Part shown: one piece after another, positions 18,693 to 28,373 of the stretch
Numbering within the stretch: the first letter of the stretch is position 1
Layout of the letters: every line of letters begins with the position of its first letter
Origin: Parcubacteria group bacterium
GTDB lineage: Bacteria > Patescibacteriota > Microgenomatia > UBA1400 > PJMF01
Direction of reading: 5' to 3'
DNA length: 64,000 nt
NCBI GenBank assembly: GCA_943350175.1
Contig: CALQZX010000003.1
Span: 12,409-76,408 of the forward strand
Program-made: the position numbers and the translations under genes
The notes under the pieces: model-generated
Databases searched by the model: none
Seen by the model: the letters and a program-made list of their open reading frames with translations, nothing else
What the model was told of the DNA's origin: nothing

Positions 18693-18721
18693 TTTAAAAT
18701 AGAAATAAACAGAAAGAAAAC

Positions 18722-19981
18722 ATGTCAAAACAAAACATACAAACACTCAAAGGCTTCCGCGATTTTCTGCCAGATGAGGCTCGCAGCAGACAATACGTGA
18801 GCGATAAAATCAGAGAAACTTTTGAAATCTATGGATTCGAGCCTATCCAAACTCCTACTCTGGAGTATGCCAGTCTACTTCTTGGTAAATATGGTGACGA
18901 AGCAGATAAATTGGTCTATACCTTTGAAGATCGTGGTGGCCGTCAAGTCGGCCTCCGCTACGATCAAACTGTGCCAACGGCTCGTATTTTGAGTCAATAT
19001 CAGAACGAATTGCCAAAATATTTCCGCCGTTACCAGGTTCAAAACGTCTTTCGCGCTGACAAACCTCAAAAAGGTCGTTACCGTGAATTTACTCAGTGTG
19101 ATTGCGATATCTTTGGCAGCGACAGTATTTTGGCTGATGCTGAATTACTCGCCACCGTTGATAGCGTTTTTAAGAACCTAGGCTTTAAATCCATCGTCAT
19201 TGAATTTAACGATCGCAGTCTGCTCATTGAAAGCATCAGTCCTTTCACCAATGAGAAAGTGGATGTTTTTTCGATCATTCAAAGTATCGATAAATTGGAC
19301 AAACAAAGTCCCGAAATGGTAATTGAAGAATTAGTCGATAAAGGCCTCTCTAGAAAAGATGCTGAAGCAGTTATAAGCAAGATTAATAAGATTGAATTAT
19401 CAAGAGATTTGTCAAAGATTGTACAAAAATCTTTGGAACTAGGAGTGAGCAAAGAGAACTTGGTCTTTAACCCAAAACTAGCTCGTGGTTTAGACTATTA
19501 CACTGGCCTAATTTTTGAAATCAAAATCCCTGAATTTAGCAACTCTTCAGTTGGCGGTGGTGGTCGTTATGACAATTTAATCGAAGACCTTTCTGGCTAC
19601 AAAATGCCAGCCACGGGCTTCGCCCTTGGCTTTGACCGTGTAGTGGAAATCTGCACCGAAATGAACTTAATCAGTGGCAGCGAGACTGGAACTGCAGTGA
19701 TGGTTGGCTTTTTTGAAGAAGAAGCTTGCCAGAATAAAGCCATGGAAATCGCCAAAGAACTCCGTGCCGCCAAGATCAAAACCGAGCTCTTCCCTGCCTT
19801 CGATAAATTGGCCAAACAATTCAAGGCCGCAGAACAAAAAAAGATTCCTTTTGTGATCGTCGTCGGCGAAAACGAAATCAAAGAAAATAAATTTACTATT
19901 AAAGATATGAAAACTGGCGAGCAAAGCTTACTCAGTCTAGAAGAGATTAAGGAAAGGCTCAGCTCCTTGAAGTCAATGTAA
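18722..19981 (+). CDS. hisS: histidine--tRNA ligase
   Basis: Class II aaRS motifs; N-terminus [45 protein letters not shown] and [13 protein letters not shown]. Confidence 0.9.
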   Translation: MSKQNIQTLKGFRDFLPDEARSRQYVSDKIRETFEIYGFEPIQTPTLEYASLLLGKYGDEADKLVYTFEDRGGRQVGLRYDQTVPTARILSQYQNELPKYFRRYQVQNVFRADKPQKGRYREFTQCDCDIFGSDSILADAELLATVDSVFKNLGFKSIVIEFNDRSLLIESISPFTNEKVDVFSIIQSIDKLDKQSPEMVIEELVDKGLSRKDAEAVISKINKIELSRDLSKIVQKSLELGVSKENLVFNPKLARGLDYYTGLIFEIKIPEFSNSSVGGGGRYDNLIEDLSGYKMPATGFALGFDRVVEICTEMNLISGSETGTAVMVGFFEEEACQNKAMEIAKELRAAKIKTELFPAFDKLAKQFKAAEQKKIPFVIVVGENEIKENKFTIKDMKTGEQSLLSLEEIKERLSSLKSM

Positions 19982-20033
19982 GCATTGCAAAAAGACAGGG
20001 TCTGCATCTTTTGTACCATCTGCTTTTTTGCAA
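19982..20033 (+). terminator. long imperfect hairpin after hisS (possible terminator)
   Basis: CATTGCAAAAAGACAG ... CTGCTTTTTTGCAATG inverted repeat with ~21-nt loop; no clean T-run, so low confidence. Confidence 0.3.
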
Positions 20034-20041
20034 TGTGAGCC

Positions 20042-20070
20042 TTGCAAAAAAGCAGGGTTCAAAATATAAT
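20042..20070 (+). promoter_or_regulatory. promoter for rpmE (TTGCAA, 17-nt A-rich spacer, TATAAT), giving a ~6-nt leader
   Basis: TTGCAA 20042-20047, TATAAT 20065-20070, ATG of rpmE at 20083 with no SD. Confidence 0.5.
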
Positions 20071-20082
20071 AACCGTTCTTAT

Positions 20083-20433
20083 ATGAAACAAGGTATACAT
20101 CCTAGCAATTGGCAACATGACTGCGTCGTCACCTGCAGCTGTGGTCACACATTTGTCACCGGCGGCGTTAAGAAGGCTATGCAAGTCGATATTTGCAGTG
20201 CTTGTCATCCTTTTTTCACTGGTGAAATGAGATTCGTCGATCGTCAAGGTCGCGTAGATAAATTCCAAAAGAAAATGCAATTAGCCGCAGCAGCCGCTGC
20301 AGCAGCCGCTAGCAAAACCAAAAAGGCCGCTAAAGAAAAGGTTGACGCTAAATCCTACAAACAAATCTTAGTCGATCAGCAAAGTGAGCTTAAAGCCAAA
20401 AAAGAAGCTGACGTTACCGTAGCCGAAAACTAG
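20083..20433 (+). CDS. rpmE: 50S ribosomal protein L31 with Ala/Lys-rich C-terminal extension
   Basis: [10 protein letters not shown]...CSCGHTF...[10 protein letters not shown]...RVDKFQKK matches L31 including the Zn-ribbon cysteines. The ORF-track start at 20011 lies inside the promoter; ATG at 20083 fits homology. Confidence 0.8.
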   Translation: MKQGIHPSNWQHDCVVTCSCGHTFVTGGVKKAMQVDICSACHPFFTGEMRFVDRQGRVDKFQKKMQLAAAAAAAAASKTKKAAKEKVDAKSYKQILVDQQSELKAKKEADVTVAEN

Positions 20434-20505
20434 TTCCTCCTTTTGTTATATAATTATTACAGCCACAGGCTGTATCTTTCTGTAATATTCAGGAAATTAG
20501 GAAAT

Positions 20506-21525
20506 ATGGATCAAATTTTTAACCCTTATCAAATACAAATCGACAATTTAGACAAAGCTCTTGCTGATAATCAAGCATTACTACAAGACGAAGAAATGAA
20601 AGATTTGGCGACTGAAGAAATCGCCCATCTTCTGGAAGAAAAAAAAGCTCTCGAGCTAGCGGCTGCTGATTTTATGAGCAGTCAAAACAAAAGCGAAGAT
20701 AACAGCGATGAAGTCGCTAAAACTGCCAACGCTATTATTGAAATTCGTGGTGGTGCCGGTGGCGATGAAGCCAAAATTTGGGGCAATGACCTACTTCGCA
20801 TGTACACTCGCTATGCAGATAACAAAGGCTTGAAAGTCGAAATGATTGATGATCTAGTCATCAAAGTCAAAGGTCGCGTGGAACTCCCTATCGTCAAAAT
20901 TGATGAAGAAGGTAAGGTTAATAAAACCGGTGAAACCGAGATCGTTTCTGCCTATAAACTTTTCCGTTATGATTCTGGCGTGCACCGCGTCCAACGCGTT
21001 CCAGTCACAGAATCGGCTGGTCGTATTCACACTTCTACTGCCTCAGTAGCGGTTTTGCCAGAAGTTACTGCCGCTGTGGTTGAAATTAAAGAAGAAGACC
21101 TAGAATGGTCTTTTATGCGCGCTGGTGGCGCTGGTGGTCAATCAGTTAATAAAACTAGTTCGGCTGTCCGTTTAGTTCACAAGCCAAGTGGCTTAGTCGT
21201 CAATGCTCGTACAGAGAGAAAACAGGCCCAAAATCGCCAAATCGCTCTGGAGCTTTTACGTGGCCAACTTTGGCAAATTGAAGAAGATAAAAAACAAGCT
21301 GCTATCGGTGATGCCCGCAGCAACATCGGTCGCAACATGCGCGCTGAAAAAATTAAAACCTACAACTATCCACAAAGTCGTGTTACTGACCATCGTATTC
21401 ACCAATCTTGGCACAATCTTGAGGGAATTCTTGAGGGCGATCTTGATGAATTGATTGCTTCAACTAAGTCTTTGATTGAAATTGAAGATCCAAAAATTGC
21501 TGAAGAAATCGAAGATCTAGATTAA
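20506..21525 (+). CDS. prfA: peptide chain release factor 1
   Basis: GGQ motif (RAGGAGGQSVNKTSSAVRL) and PVT tripeptide (RF1-type); start at ATG 20506 with AGGAAA RBS. A small hairpin ACAGCCacaGGCTGT at 20463-20477 lies between rpmE and prfA. Confidence 0.85.
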   Translation: MDQIFNPYQIQIDNLDKALADNQALLQDEEMKDLATEEIAHLLEEKKALELAAADFMSSQNKSEDNSDEVAKTANAIIEIRGGAGGDEAKIWGNDLLRMYTRYADNKGLKVEMIDDLVIKVKGRVELPIVKIDEEGKVNKTGETEIVSAYKLFRYDSGVHRVQRVPVTESAGRIHTSTASVAVLPEVTAAVVEIKEEDLEWSFMRAGGAGGQSVNKTSSAVRLVHKPSGLVVNARTERKQAQNRQIALELLRGQLWQIEEDKKQAAIGDARSNIGRNMRAEKIKTYNYPQSRVTDHRIHQSWHNLEGILEGDLDELIASTKSLIEIEDPKIAEEIEDLD

Positions 21526-21542
21526 ATTTCAGGCTTCTGTTT

Positions 21543-22814
21543 TTAGAACTGCTCGACTGCTTTTTCCAGCACCTCATCTTCAGTAGTATCGTAGTTTTGG
21601 GCAATCTCCACATCAACTGGAATGCCTTCCTTGTGAATCCAGCTGCCATCTGGTGTTAACCAGCGACCGACAGTGATATGAAGACCACCACCATTACTTA
21701 ATTCACGACGATCCTGAACAGTGCCTTTGCCAAAGGTTTTTTCACCAATTAATTTGATTTTCAAATCATCTTTGAGAGCTCCGGCCACAATTTCTGAGGC
21801 TGAAGCACTGCCTTTGTTGACTAAGACCACAGTCTTGATGCCTGCCAGACGAGCTTTGCCGGTACTATTGTAATTCTTGGTGCTGTACTTAGATTTTTGG
21901 CTAACCACTACCCCACTTTTGACAAAATCACTGGCCACATCGATAGACACATCAAAGAAACCTCCTGGATTATTACGCAGATCTAAAACTAATCCGGAAA
22001 TTTGATCTTTTTTGCTGAGAATTTCAGTGACGGCTTTATTCCATTCGTCCATAGTTCTCTCTCCAAACTTAGAAAGTTTGAGGTGAGCAACTTTTTTACC
22101 TTTAACTTCTGTAAATTCTAAAGTAACGCTTTTGACAATAATCTCGTCGCGCATGACAGTAATATCTTTACTGCTGTTATCACTCTTTCGGTAGATAGTT
22201 AGAACAACTGGACTATTCTTTGGACCACGAATGTTTTTGACAGCATCATCCAAAGTCCAACCCGTAGTATCTTGGTCTAATTTTTTGCTTTCATCTTTGA
22301 CGTGAATAATGATATCGCCAGCGAGGAGGCCGGCTTTGTCACCTGGACTATCGGCAAGAGGAGCTAAAACACCAACAGCTCCATCAATGTAGGCCAGTTC
22401 TATGCCAACACCATAGAAACTACCAGCCAAATCTTCTTCTGCCTTAGCGTTATCTTCTGGTGGCAAGTACATGGTGTATGGGTCGCCTATACCAGCAACC
22501 ATTCCAGAAACGGCACCGTTCATCATTTTGGTTTCGTCTATTTCACTGGTTTCAAGATAATCTTTTTCTACTAGCTGCCAGACCTCCCAAAAAGTATCCA
22601 TCGAAACTGGAACTTTACTTGAATCATCCATCAATTTGGAGAGATTACTTGATTGAGTTTTTTGGGCTAAATTTTCAAAAAGGGCAATTTTTTTACCAAA
22701 AAGAGCGCCTTCGCTAGCATAACGAAAGCCCATCACTAAACCAAGGGTTAAGAGTAAAACAACAAAAAGAGTTGTGCGAATAAAAGCGAAGATGAAGCTT
22801 GGTTTTTTTCTCAT
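21543..22814 (-). CDS. ctpA: carboxyl-terminal processing protease (S41 family) with PDZ domain
   Basis: N-terminal TM anchor; S41 catalytic region GSASASEIVAGALKD...GEKTFGKGTVQD. Confidence 0.8.
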   Translation of the reverse strand: MRKKPSFIFAFIRTTLFVVLLLTLGLVMGFRYASEGALFGKKIALFENLAQKTQSSNLSKLMDDSSKVPVSMDTFWEVWQLVEKDYLETSEIDETKMMNGAVSGMVAGIGDPYTMYLPPEDNAKAEEDLAGSFYGVGIELAYIDGAVGVLAPLADSPGDKAGLLAGDIIIHVKDESKKLDQDTTGWTLDDAVKNIRGPKNSPVVLTIYRKSDNSSKDITVMRDEIIVKSVTLEFTEVKGKKVAHLKLSKFGERTMDEWNKAVTEILSKKDQISGLVLDLRNNPGGFFDVSIDVASDFVKSGVVVSQKSKYSTKNYNSTGKARLAGIKTVVLVNKGSASASEIVAGALKDDLKIKLIGEKTFGKGTVQDRRELSNGGGLHITVGRWLTPDGSWIHKEGIPVDVEIAQNYDTTEDEVLEKAVEQF

Positions 22815-22820
22815 AAAAAA

Positions 22821-22842
22821 GTCTGTTCGTTTCGTAACAGAC
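22821..22842 (-). terminator. intrinsic terminator of the rpsF-ssb-rpsR operon; its U-tract abuts the ctpA start codon
   Basis: Minus strand reads GTCTGTTacgaaacgAACAGAC TTTTTT ATG(ctpA): 7-bp stem, 8-nt loop, T6, then the ctpA ATG. Confidence 0.5.
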
Positions 22843-22910
22843 TGATTGTAGGGCAGCTTGCAAAAAAAATCACAAGCAAAATCTAGTTAAAACTAAAGAT
22901 TGTGATGAAA

Positions 22911-23090
22911 TTAAACAGTTTGGGTAAATGGCAAAAGGGCTAAGTGTCTAGCTCTCTTGACTTCACGAGCCAATTTTTTCTGCAATTTAGCGGTCAGACC
23001 AGTTTTTGCTCTTGGCAAAATAGCACCCTGAGCGGTGACAAATCTTCTGAGGTCTTCGGCTTTTTTGTAGCTAAAGTTGTGAGTCTTCAT
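22911..23090 (-). CDS. rpsR: 30S ribosomal protein S18
   Basis: Not in the ORF track (59 aa). Manual translation MKTHNFSYKKAEDLRRFVTAQGAILPRAKTGLTAKLQKKLAREVKRARHLALLPFTQTV matches S18 and sits downstream of ssb. Confidence 0.8.
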   Translation of the reverse strand: MKTHNFSYKKAEDLRRFVTAQGAILPRAKTGLTAKLQKKLAREVKRARHLALLPFTQTV

Positions 23091-23136
23091 TATTCTTCCT
23101 TAATTATTAATATTTTCTAATTTGGTTTGTATTAAA

Positions 23137-23613
23137 CTAAAATGGGATGTCATCTGAGACATCTTCTACTTCACCAGCTTCTGCTGGAACAGCTTTTTTA
23201 GGAGCTGATTTGGCTGGAGCACTTGGCATTTCTTCTTCTGATTCGCCCTCGGCACCACCTTCAAATTTTCCACCTCTATTACTAAGTAACATCATGTTAT
23301 CAATGACGATTTCAGTAACTTTTCTCTCTTCACCAGCTTCAGTTTTCCAATCTCTGGTCTGAATACGACCTTCGACGTAAACCTTGTCACCTTTGTGAAG
23401 TAATTGTCCACAAATTTCTGCTAACTTGGACCAAGCAACAACATTGTGAAAGTCTACTCTTTCTTGTTTATCACCGCCATCAGCTGGAGTCCAGGAACGA
23501 TTAGTTGCTATACCAAAAGAAGCCACAGCAGTGCTGTTTGGGGTATAACGTAAATTTGGATCTCTGGTCAAGTTACCAATTAACATGACTTTATTTAAAG
23601 AACGTACTGACAT
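23137..23613 (-). CDS. ssb: single-stranded DNA-binding protein
   Basis: OB-fold core (KVMLIGNLTRDPNLRYTPNSTAVASFGIATNRSW...VVAWSKLAE) and acidic C-terminal tip DDIPF. Confidence 0.9.
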   Translation of the reverse strand: MSVRSLNKVMLIGNLTRDPNLRYTPNSTAVASFGIATNRSWTPADGGDKQERVDFHNVVAWSKLAEICGQLLHKGDKVYVEGRIQTRDWKTEAGEERKVTEIVIDNMMLLSNRGGKFEGGAEGESEEEMPSAPAKSAPKKAVPAEAGEVEDVSDDIPF

Positions 23614-23739
23614 TTCGGCCTTTCTCTCAATAGAGTTGATTTGTATTGATCTTTATTCATTATGCAGCAGCAAAGTTACAAGAAGTGTAACTAATCATTT
23701 TTTGGTTTAGTAAAGAAAAGAAACAACAAACAACATAAA

Positions 23740-24084
23740 TTAATCTTTAATAGATTCTGCAACATCATCAGCAATCACCAATAAATGGCGAATGATTTCA
23801 CGATGTAGGGTCAAATTCTGGTCAAATTTTTGAACATTCAAAACTGGGAAGTTTAAAATCATGTGCACGTAAACAGCTTCCTCATAGGTCTTGCCTGCTT
23901 GAGAAATACCGTAAGCCATATGCTTGCGACCCCATTCGTCTTCTTTGACGACGGTGCCTTGATTTTTGGCTACTAAGTCAATGATTTCTTTTTTTAGTCT
24001 GGAAACGTCGGCGTCTAAAAGATCGCCAGGAATCAAATAAGTTAATTCGTAATCTTTGGAAATGATTTCTTTAGCTAATTTCAT
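23740..24084 (-). CDS. rpsF: 30S ribosomal protein S6
   Basis: YELTYLIPGDL...GRKHMAYGI pattern of S6; heads the conserved rpsF-ssb-rpsR operon. Confidence 0.8.
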   Translation of the reverse strand: MKLAKEIISKDYELTYLIPGDLLDADVSRLKKEIIDLVAKNQGTVVKEDEWGRKHMAYGISQAGKTYEEAVYVHMILNFPVLNVQKFDQNLTLHREIIRHLLVIADDVAESIKD

Positions 24085-24201
24085 ATTTTTCTAAGATTCG
24101 CTAGCACCTGACCCCGTCTGGTACTTTGGATAATTTATAAAGCGAATTTTAATTTCTGGAGTGGATTATATCAATAAAAAAGCAGAAAGTCTAGGTTTCT
24201 T

Positions 24202-25299
24202 CTACTTGCCGATCATGAACTCCACCACGTCACCGTCTTGCATCAAATAATCGCGACCTTCTTGTCTGACTTTGCCAACTTCTTTGCAAGCTGACCAACC
24301 GCCCAAGCTCATAAAATCAGCAAAACTGACAATGCGAGCACTAATAAATTTCTTGCTAAAATCAGTGTGAATGACACCGGCTGCTTCTTGAGCAGTAGCG
24401 CCACGATTAATGGTCCAGGCTTTAACTTCAATCTCACCAGCAGTTAGGAAACTTTGCAGACCTAGAGTCTCATAAGCTACGCCAGCCAGACGAGAAAGGC
24501 CACTTTGCGTAAGACCTAGTTCCTCCATGTACATTGTTTGATCTTCCTCTGCTAAAGTTGCCAATTCGCTTTCGATTTTGGCAGAAATAGCGACGATCTG
24601 TGCTTTTCGCACCTGCAATTTTTTGGCAAAAAACTCGGCGATTTCATCGGCTTTGGCCAAATCTTTTTCATCAACGTTAATGGCAAAAATTTCTTTTTTG
24701 GCAGTTAATAAACACAATTCCTTGGCCACTAGCTTTTCAGTTTCACTCTGACAATCTAAGCTTTGGCCTTTTTCAATTTTGGCCAAAAATTCTTGGATAG
24801 TGTCCCACTTAGCTTTATCATCTTTGCTGACCGCACCTTTTGGTTGGTGCTGTTTTTGCAAAGTTTCCAGATCAGCTAATTGAAGTTCCGTGCGAATCAC
24901 AGCCAAATCTTGCTCTGGATCAACTGAGCCTTCACGAAGCACATTGGCGTCACTGAAATTGCGCAAAACATGACAGATGGCGTCTGTCTGACGAATATTG
25001 GCCAAAAATTTATTGCCCAAACCCTCACCTTTGCTTGCACCAGCGACCAAGCCAGCAATATCCACGAATTCAACGAGAGCGTATTTGATCGGAGGCAAAG
25101 TTTTGAGTTTATCAGTTTTTTGGGTAAGCTCAGCCAAAGCTGGCAAACGCAGATCAGGCACTTCCACCACGCCAACATTTGGCTCAATCGTGGCAAAAGG
25201 ATAATTAGCTGCTAGAGCAACTTGTTTTTTAAGTAAGGCATTGAAGAGTGTGGATTTACCAACGTTAGGCAAACCTACGATTCCGATTTGAAGAGACAT
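24202..25299 (-). CDS. ychF: ribosome-binding ATPase YchF/Ola1
   Basis: G1 motif GIVGLPNVGKSTLFNAL, TGS domain at C-terminus; 365 aa. Confidence 0.9.
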   Translation of the reverse strand: MSLQIGIVGLPNVGKSTLFNALLKKQVALAANYPFATIEPNVGVVEVPDLRLPALAELTQKTDKLKTLPPIKYALVEFVDIAGLVAGASKGEGLGNKFLANIRQTDAICHVLRNFSDANVLREGSVDPEQDLAVIRTELQLADLETLQKQHQPKGAVSKDDKAKWDTIQEFLAKIEKGQSLDCQSETEKLVAKELCLLTAKKEIFAINVDEKDLAKADEIAEFFAKKLQVRKAQIVAISAKIESELATLAEEDQTMYMEELGLTQSGLSRLAGVAYETLGLQSFLTAGEIEVKAWTINRGATAQEAAGVIHTDFSKKFISARIVSFADFMSLGGWSACKEVGKVRQEGRDYLMQDGDVVEFMIGK

Positions 25300-25328
25300 A
25301 ACTGAATTTTAACACAAGATTGGTTTTT

Positions 25329-26261
25329 TTAGAGAAAATTCTTGATCAATTGACAAGAATTCGCAAAAAGCTCTTGTTCTGCTTGTGAAAGTTGCACTTC
25401 CAAAATTTGCTCAACGCCATTTTTTCCAACGATACAAGGCACACTGACTGCCAAATCTGATTGACCATAATAATTTTCAATTGGAATAGAAACTGGCAAG
25501 ACAGAGCGCTGGTCTTGCAAGATTGCTCTGGTTAATTGAGCAATAACTACTCCAATGGCGTAATAAGTGGCACCTTTGGCTTGAATAATTTTCTTGGCGG
25601 CTTCACGAGTTTGAATAAATGCTCCATGAGCTCTCTCTGGTGAATAATTTGGGAAATGATCTAAAGGTTGGCCACCAACAGTTGAGCCGTCCAAGGTTGG
25701 AAAAGAACTATCTCCATGTTCTCCAAGCACATAAGTGTGAATACTTCTTGGGTTAACATCAAGTAATTCACCCAGATGAAAACGGAAACGAGCGGTGTCG
25801 AGCATTGTGCCGGTGCCAAGTACACGACCCTTTGGTAAACCCAAGATTTTGGCTAAGTGATAAGTCAAAATATCGACTGGGTTGCTAACTACAACCACAA
25901 CACTATTTTGCACATAAGGCGCTATTTCATGTCCAATTTCAGTAATAATTTTCTTGTTTTCTTCAACCAAATCCAAACGAGATTGACCTGGTTCCTGAGC
26001 CGCTCCAGCAGTAATTACCACGATGTCAGAATCCTGCAACACAGCGTAGTCATCACTGACAGTAATCTTAGTTGGTTCCAAAAATGGCAGACCATGCTCA
26101 AGATCGAGCTTCTCGCCTTCTATTTTATCTATCGAACGTGAAACTAAAACAATTTCATCTGCCACATGACGAAGTAATAGCGCATAAGCAGCAGTGATAC
26201 CAACTTTTCCAAGGCCAACTATGGCAATTTTACGAGAATCATTTAGCATATATTCCTTCAA
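25329..26261 (-). CDS. ldh: L-lactate dehydrogenase
   Basis: Rossmann KIAIVGLGKVG; GAAQEPGQSRLDL has Gln at the substrate-discriminating position (LDH-type); LGEHGDS motif. Confidence 0.75.
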   Translation of the reverse strand: MKEYMLNDSRKIAIVGLGKVGITAAYALLLRHVADEIVLVSRSIDKIEGEKLDLEHGLPFLEPTKITVSDDYAVLQDSDIVVITAGAAQEPGQSRLDLVEENKKIITEIGHEIAPYVQNSVVVVVSNPVDILTYHLAKILGLPKGRVLGTGTMLDTARFRFHLGELLDVNPRSIHTYVLGEHGDSSFPTLDGSTVGGQPLDHFPNYSPERAHGAFIQTREAAKKIIQAKGATYYAIGVVIAQLTRAILQDQRSVLPVSIPIENYYGQSDLAVSVPCIVGKNGVEQILEVQLSQAEQELFANSCQLIKNFL

Positions 26262-26285
26262 CTAACTTTTAGTTATTAGATGAAC

Positions 26286-27131
26286 TTATGCTACCAGCAT
26301 TACTCCAACCATGCAAATTAAAGCGGCAATCACTTTACGCCACAAATGATCGTTTTCTTTGATAAAAATAGCAGCCAAAATCACCGTCAAAATAATGTTT
26401 GTCTTGACCACTACTCCAACTTGCGAAAGCATCGCGCCTTTACCTAGAGCACCATAAAAAGTAATCACTCCCACAGAATAAAACATCGTGTAGATGATTA
26501 AATTTTTGTTAATGGTTTTGATTGCTTTTGGTAATTGAAGTATTTTCTTTGGATATAAAAATAAAAGCATTACTCCAGGAAAAAGCGACATCATCGCTGC
26601 AAAAGAAATAGCGTCATAAGATCTAATAATCAAAGTGTCACTGACTACGGCAAAAGAGAAAAAACTGGTAGCCAACAAAGCCAAAAGCGCACCTTTATTA
26701 AAAACAAATTTTTTCCCACGATGAGCAATAATCAAAATTGCAGCCAAAACAAAAGCTGCACCCAAATATTGCTGGGGCACCAAACGCTCACCAAGAAAAA
26801 TATAGGCACAGATCATGGTGACAATTGCCCCAGCTCCTGCCAAAACGGTCATTTCTGAGGCTTCAATAAGCTTAATAGACTTAAAAAACATCACTGATCC
26901 CAACGCGTATAAAACTGTGCTGAGTAAAAATAGTGGCCACATCGTCGCTAGTGGTGGAAAAGAAAAACCTTGACTAATGGCAAACGGCAAAACAATTAAA
27001 CCTAGAAGAAATTGAAAGATTATGGTCGATAAAACCGGGTCACTTTCCTCTTCTTTCATGGCCAATCTTTGAAATAAAGAAGCCACTGAAATTGCTACCA
27101 CATTAATGGATAAAAGAAGTAACCAAGACAT
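26286..27131 (-). CDS. EamA/DMT-family transporter (10 TM)
   Basis: 281-aa polytopic membrane protein with duplicated 5-TM arrangement typical of EamA. Confidence 0.55.
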   Translation of the reverse strand: MSWLLLLSINVVAISVASLFQRLAMKEEESDPVLSTIIFQFLLGLIVLPFAISQGFSFPPLATMWPLFLLSTVLYALGSVMFFKSIKLIEASEMTVLAGAGAIVTMICAYIFLGERLVPQQYLGAAFVLAAILIIAHRGKKFVFNKGALLALLATSFFSFAVVSDTLIIRSYDAISFAAMMSLFPGVMLLFLYPKKILQLPKAIKTINKNLIIYTMFYSVGVITFYGALGKGAMLSQVGVVVKTNIILTVILAAIFIKENDHLWRKVIAALICMVGVMLVA

Positions 27132-27715
27132 TAGATTTTTCCTACCAAATCTACACCTGGGGTAAGAGTCTTATCTCCTGGCCTCCAGCTAGCTGGACAA
27201 ACTACTGCACCGTGATTATCGTAGACAAATTTAGCTGCCTGCAACTTGCGGAAAATCTCTTCAGTGTTACGACCGATACTATTGTCATGCATATCGATGG
27301 CAACAATTTTTTGATCTGGATTAATGATAAAAGTGGCACGCAGCGACAAACCCTCATCCTCCATGAAAGTCCCGAACATTCTGCAATATTTGCCACCTGG
27401 ATCAGCAAGCATTGGATATTTAACCTTGGCGATGGCTTTGGAATTATCGTGCCAAGCCTTGTGTACAAAAGCCGTGTCACTACTAACGCTAAATACTTCT
27501 GCACCTAATTTCTTAAATTCCTCGTATTTATTGGCTGCTTCTTCTAGTTCTGTTGGACACACAAAAGTGAAGTCAGCTGGGTAAAAAAGCACTACTAACC
27601 ACTTGCCTTTGTAGTCTGAGAGCTTGATTTTGAGCAACTTTTCCTCATGAAAAGCGTCCATGATAATTTCTGGGAGAGTGTCGCCGATTTTTAGCATATG
27701 AGATGATTTTAGCAT
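27131..27715 (-). CDS. 2-Cys peroxiredoxin (AhpC/TSA family)
   Basis: Peroxidatic Cys motif FTFVCPTE and resolving-Cys region VCPASW; the true start may be the downstream Met (MLKIGD). Confidence 0.85.
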   Translation of the reverse strand: MLKSSHMLKIGDTLPEIIMDAFHEEKLLKIKLSDYKGKWLVVLFYPADFTFVCPTELEEAANKYEEFKKLGAEVFSVSSDTAFVHKAWHDNSKAIAKVKYPMLADPGGKYCRMFGTFMEDEGLSLRATFIINPDQKIVAIDMHDNSIGRNTEEIFRKLQAAKFVYDNHGAVVCPASWRPGDKTLTPGVDLVGKI

Positions 27716-27757
27716 TAAAATTTAGCGAGTGCTCCAGTGAAATTTAGTCCTATAACA

Positions 27758-27786
27758 TTGACTTTTTGGTCATAAAGTGACATAAT
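27758..27786 (+). promoter_or_regulatory. sigma70 promoter for lipoprotein gene (TTGACT, 17-nt spacer, CATAAT)
   Basis: TTGACT 27758-27763, CATAAT 27781-27786; GGAGGTGA RBS before ATG 27875. Confidence 0.5.
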
Positions 27787-27874
27787 AAGGCCTAGTTGAT
27801 CCATCGTTGAACTGTGGTCTTAGCGACTGCAGAAAACTCACACGGCGATGGAAGTTTTATTCTGGAGGTGAGCG

Positions 27875-28255
27875 ATGAGGAAAAAAATCGCGAACCTAAT
27901 GGCGGCGCTTCTAGCCGCCTCTTTGCTTTTACTCGGTTGTGGCGGTATTTTCGTCACAAACGAGTATAAGGCCTCTCACGACTGCGACTTCTCCGAAGTT
28001 GCGGCCGTGAAAGAGGCTGCCTGCGATTACGTCGACGCCATAAAAGGCGAAAAAGTGATCGCGAATCTCATCAAAGATAAAGAGGATGAGATTAAAGTTT
28101 TAGAGGACGAAAAAACAGTCCTCGAAAGCAAATTTGAGGCCAGCCACGAGCTGACCAAAAAATTTGAAGAGTTATGGAAGGCCTCTGGAAAACCTTCCAC
28201 CAAGGTGCCGCCGCCAACCGCAACGGCGAAACCAAGAAAAGGAGGCAGCAACTAG
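27875..28255 (+). CDS. small lipoprotein, hypothetical
   Basis: Signal peptide with lipobox LLLLGCGG; coiled-coil-like remainder. Confidence 0.5.
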   Translation: MRKKIANLMAALLAASLLLLGCGGIFVTNEYKASHDCDFSEVAAVKEAACDYVDAIKGEKVIANLIKDKEDEIKVLEDEKTVLESKFEASHELTKKFEELWKASGKPSTKVPPPTATAKPRKGGSN

Positions 28256-28269
28256 CCTCCTTAAAAAAA

Positions 28270-28296
28270 TCCCTGCTTCGAAAGAGGCAGGGTTTT
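28270..28296. terminator. bidirectional intrinsic terminator
   Basis: aaaaaaatCCCTGCttcgaaagagGCAGGGttttt. Confidence 0.6.
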
Positions 28297-28373
28297 TGCA
28301 TTTAGAAACAAAAAAACAATCATCTCGCACAATCTACTCTCTATTAACAATTCTTTAGTAACTATTTGGTAAT

